Part shown: positions 60,101-63,872 of the stretch, piece by piece
How positions within the stretch are numbered: position 1 is the stretch's first letter
Layout of the letters: every line of letters starts with the position of its first letter
From: Malacoraja senta
Taxonomy: Eukaryota
Assembly (NCBI GenBank): GCA_038087875.1
Contig: JAXLNO010001025.1
Span: 186,001-249,872 of the forward strand
Direction: 5' to 3'
Length of the DNA: 63,872 nt
Translations under genes and position numbers: made by a program
Notes under the pieces: model-generated
Told to the model about the DNA's origin: nothing
Database searches by the model: none
Seen by the model: only the letters and a program-made list of their open reading frames with translations

Positions 60101-61602
60101 ATATTAAAATTGTAATCTACTGGCTGGACAATACAGGCCAACAGGTAGATTGGTTATTAAAGGAGAGAGAGGATTGTTTGCCTTTTAATATAGGCACGAT
60201 TCTTCTCTCCCCAATAAATTTGAAGCATACATTATATGATTAAAAAAAATCCGATTATTCACAGCACTCTACGAATCTGGAGACAAGTGAAATCAACTTT
60301 TAAACTAAGAAATGTATCTCTTCTTTCACCAATTGCCAATAACCCTTTGTTCAAGCCATCTATTATAGATAAAACGTTTACATATTGGGAAAGACTATGA
60401 ATCAACAAACTCGGAGATCTTTATGAGATTGGAACTTCTCTCATTTCAAGAATTACAGTCGAAATATCACTTGAAAGGTAATCAATATTTCAGATATCTT
60501 CAAATTCGAGACTATCTGAACACAGATACCCAAGACTACCAAACTTTGCTGCCAGATATACTAGACGAATGTATGAATAGAAATTCGGAGTCAAACAAGT
60601 TAACATCATATTTGTATAACACCCTCTTAAATATAGAAATCCCATCGTCAGAAGCAATTAGAAGAGCCTGGGAAGAGGAACTAGGCCTATAAATTCTAAA
60701 AGACAGATGGGAAGAAAACCTTTTATATATACACAATTGTTCGATTAACGTTAGACATTCGTTAATTCAATTAAAAAAATTGCATAGACTACTATTCAAA
60801 GTCTAAACTGAATAAGATCTTTCCAAATGTATCTCCTATTTGTGATAAATGTCTCCTTCAGGAAACAACTATAACACATTCCTTCGCCTCTTGCATAAAA
60901 TTACATAATTTTTGGAGAGGAATTTTTGAAATTTTCTCAAAAACACTAAAAACAAAATTGGACACCGACATGAAATTGATTATTCTAGGTACGTCAGAAG
61001 CCTGCTTTGAGCTATCATTATTTCAAAGACGTTTCCTCGATTATGGCCTGATAACGGCGAAAAAACTAATACTCAAATTTTGGAAACATACATCTGTCCC
61101 TACTCTTAAAATGTGGATTACAAACATGTCTGAGATGCTACATCTTGAAAATATTAGACTTGTCTTAGCAGATCAACCACAGCATTTTTCAAAGACATGG
61201 ACACCATTCATTGATTTATTACAAGGATAGTATGGTACAACACAATTTTGGAGTTAAATCTAATTACGGGTTGGGTGATGGATGGGAAGGGATGCAAGGC
61301 AGGTATATCATCACTTTTTTTTTTCTTTCTGTTTTTGCCTTTTTATTTCTCTATGCCTTATTTCTTTCACTTACTCTTTGGCTACATCACTTTGGTAGTC
61401 TAAGGATTCTATCCTTGCACATTTCACTTTTTCTCTCTCTTGCTTTTTCTCATCTTTTCTCTTGACTATAGCTAAAAGTCAAAATTGAAGCTGTACAATA
61501 ACTGTATTATGTCATAAGCCATTGGTTATATTTTTGTACACTTGCTTCTAATAAATATTAAAAATAAAATAAAATAAGAAAATAAATTAAAAATAAAAAT
61601 AG
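54110..61602 (+). mobile_element. L1-clade LINE (5'-truncated in the endonuclease), split by DIRS copy C; ORF2 open over 57685-59121, then frameshifted
   Basis: ...SKTRGTAI|IIRKGIPF joins in frame across the DIRS. NIYAPN, GGDFN, SDHSP, PGPDGF, RQGCALSPLLF and YADD motifs; A-rich tail at 61550-61602. Confidence 0.92.
54167..57684 (+). mobile_element. DIRS1-like copy C: internally deleted (no RT/RNase H recognised), decayed YR, with a LINE tail inserted at about 55160-55330
   Basis: Same terminal ttttacttcggagtcacgtg... and ...gtttaatcttactatt sequences as A and B. YR remnant KPPRPRYAEIWDV at about 56555; ICR at about 57375-57485. Confidence 0.88.
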
Positions 61603-63336
61603 TGTAGCGGCACCAAACGTGGTGAATAAACAGGAGACGTCAGGCCGGTTCAAGCAGTTGTTTATTCAAGGGTCGACACGTTAGGTTGGTGCGCTAACTA
61701 TTATTAATGTTGTTGCTGAAGCTGAGCGAGGTTGTTCCCTCGGGCTCAGCTACCGGTTGAACACCTGGTGGTCTCGAGGTGAGATGACCTTAAGTACCAG
61801 GACACTCCCTCTAGCCCATGACGTCACGTGCCCGCCCTCGTACTTCCTGACGAGGGTTCGAGCATAAGTGGCCCGTGTATAAGCTGCCGCCACAGGACCC
61901 CCCCCCCCCCAGAACCAGAGGAAGGAAAAGCATGGTCGAGGGCGGCTACTGCATGTGGGTCTGGGACACCCCGTGCGTGGGTCGGGACGGAGGGCCCACG
62001 GGCGCAGTAACGCTCTGCGTGGGCAATCCCAAGGTACCGAGGGGTGCAAGGGGACCGATGCAGTAACCGCCAGACAGAAGAGACACAGTCGCATCTCCTC
62101 GACCAGCTAAGGGAGAGTGTCCTGTAAAATGCGGCCCCCAGGAATGGCTGGGAGACGTCGTCATCTTTGAGGGAAAAAAAACCCCGAAATAAAATAAACA
62201 AACTAATTGCTGAACTCAGAGTGGTGCGTGGTGATGCAGTGAACACAAAAGGAACAGTAACAACACAAATTACAGTGCAATCAGTGTCCAAAGGTCAAAT
62301 TGTCCAGTGTTCACAGTGCAGGATTTGAAAGCTGTGCAGCGTTGCAGTGACAGCCTCCGACCTGACGGTGGAGCTGTTGCCGGTGGTCAGACTGCATCCG
62401 GCTGGAAGGTGGCGCTGTGGACGGCAGTGAGGCTGCAGTGACGGCATCCGGCCGGAAGGTGGCACTGTGGATGGCGGTCAGGTGAGTTCGCGCTTCTCAG
62501 CGGCCATTTTAGTTGTAGTTTTGTACGGCCGCTTGTTCAGGAGGCCGCGGCGGCCATTTTTGCCGGCTGGCTAAGGCGGCCTTCACCAGCAATTGAATCC
62601 CCAGGCCGGACAGGCAGACAGCCAGCGCCCAGGGATCTTCGGAGTCCACGCCGGCGAGGAGGAAAAGGGCGTCTTCGGCAGGCGCCCCAGGTAAGCCCGC
62701 CCTGCAGCAGCTGGTGGGGCAGCGGGGGCAGGTAAAACCTCTCCGCTCCGGTAGTTGGCTCCGTGCAGGTCATGCGGGGGAGCTCGGTGGCCGTCACACA
62801 AGGCGGCCTGCCCCGTTGCCGGGAGCAGGAGAGCGGCGGCAGCTGTGGCTGCTTAGCTCCGGTGAGCAGCAGCTGGTGGGGAAGCGGCGGCATCCCAGAT
62901 GTAGCGGCATACATTACCGCAGGGCCGGGTTGGCGACAGCGTAGTTCTGGAGGGCTGGGCAGTCGGCTGCAGACATCAGGTCTCCCGAGGCTGCGTTCTT
63001 CAGGAGAAATCCAAATTTCAATTTGGACAGTCGGGGGTCACCAATGTAGCGGCACCAAACGTGGTGAATAAAGAGGAGACGTCAGGCCGGTTCAAACAGT
63101 TGTTTATTCAAGGGTCGACACGTTAGGTTGGTGCGCTAACTATTATTAATGTTGTTGCTGAAGCTGAGCGAGGTTGTTCCCTCGGGCTCAGCTACCGGTT
63201 GAACACCTGGTGGTCTCGAGGTGAGATGACCTTAAGTACCAGGACACTCCCTCTAGCCCATGACGTCACGTGCCCGCCCTCGTACTTCCTGACGAGGGTT
63301 CGAGCATAAGTGGCCCGTGTATAAGCTGCCGCCACA
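61603..63336 (-). mobile_element. Young non-autonomous LTR retrotransposon (TRIM/LARD-like, probably Gypsy-derived), 1734 bp
   Basis: LTRs at 61603-61894 and 63045-63336 (292 bp, TG...CA, two differences seen) with an ATAG TSD. Minus-strand PBS TGGTGACCCCCGAC (tRNA-Trp-like) and G-run PPT. No pol ORF. Confidence 0.93.
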
Positions 63337-63414
63337 ATAGGATGATTAATTGTTGGCGGGGGAGAAGATGACAACAAGGCATAAAATCAGTAAAATTAAT
63401 CAGGGCAGTGTTTT

Positions 63415-63690
63415 CAGACCCGAAACGTCACCTGCCCTTGTTCTCCAGAGATGCTGTCTGTCCCGCTGAGTTCCTCCAGCCCTTTGTGTCTATCTTTGGT
63501 TTTTCATTGATCTTTGACATTGCCCTCCATGGTGAGTAGAGCCTTTTGGTTCCAGAGCCTTTCTGGATTATCCTCCGAGACTTTACTGGAGAACCTACCT
63601 GATCTCCCGGTTGCTCAACACTTAATTCTCCTCCATTTCCCACACTGACCTTTCTGTCTTGGGTCTCCTCCATTATCAGTGAGGCCCATT
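63415..63690 (+). mobile_element. Penelope-like fragments
   Basis: gacccgaaacgtcacc...ccagagatgctg terminus and NLPDLPVAQHL-type fragment. Confidence 0.7.
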
Positions 63691-63872
63691 GGTTTGTGCG
63701 ATCAATTTGAAATTAGCTTCCTTGAAGTTGATCCCAGGAGATCTGTTTAAAGAAGTTTAAATAATTTAGAGGGTTTAGCATGAGCATTGGCTGCAGCCAG
63801 GCATGGAAATTGCTATTAAAATATGGAGGGGACCGGGGGACAAGGGGGGACACAAATTTTTGGCGGTCGCGC

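Overview
This is eukaryotic genomic DNA, most likely from a cartilaginous fish (skate or ray). That is inferred from HE1-like tRNA SINEs, HER1/CR1-like LINEs and a vertebrate TADA1 sequence. The window is dominated by transposable elements: CR1, Rex1/Babar, L1 and Penelope retroelements, three DIRS1-type tyrosine-recombinase retrotransposons, a young non-autonomous LTR element, and PIF/Harbinger, hAT and Helitron derivatives. There are also minisatellites and a 163-N gap. Host-gene content is fragmentary: (i) a probable TATA box and signal-peptide first exon on the minus strand at the left edge; (ii) three recognisable TADA1 exons on the plus strand, one with a 1-nt frameshift, with the other exons not found by eye; (iii) a chain of splice-site-bounded, phase-compatible, stop-containing minus-strand exons of an unidentified gene, interleaved with the TADA1 exons. 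Notable details are that the DIRS copies sit at ATT sites inside other retroelements with clear ITR/ICR architecture, one ICR carries a micro-inversion, and the Penelope relics carry minimal hammerhead-ribozyme motifs. All calls were made by eye; no database search was run, and most repeat boundaries are approximate.
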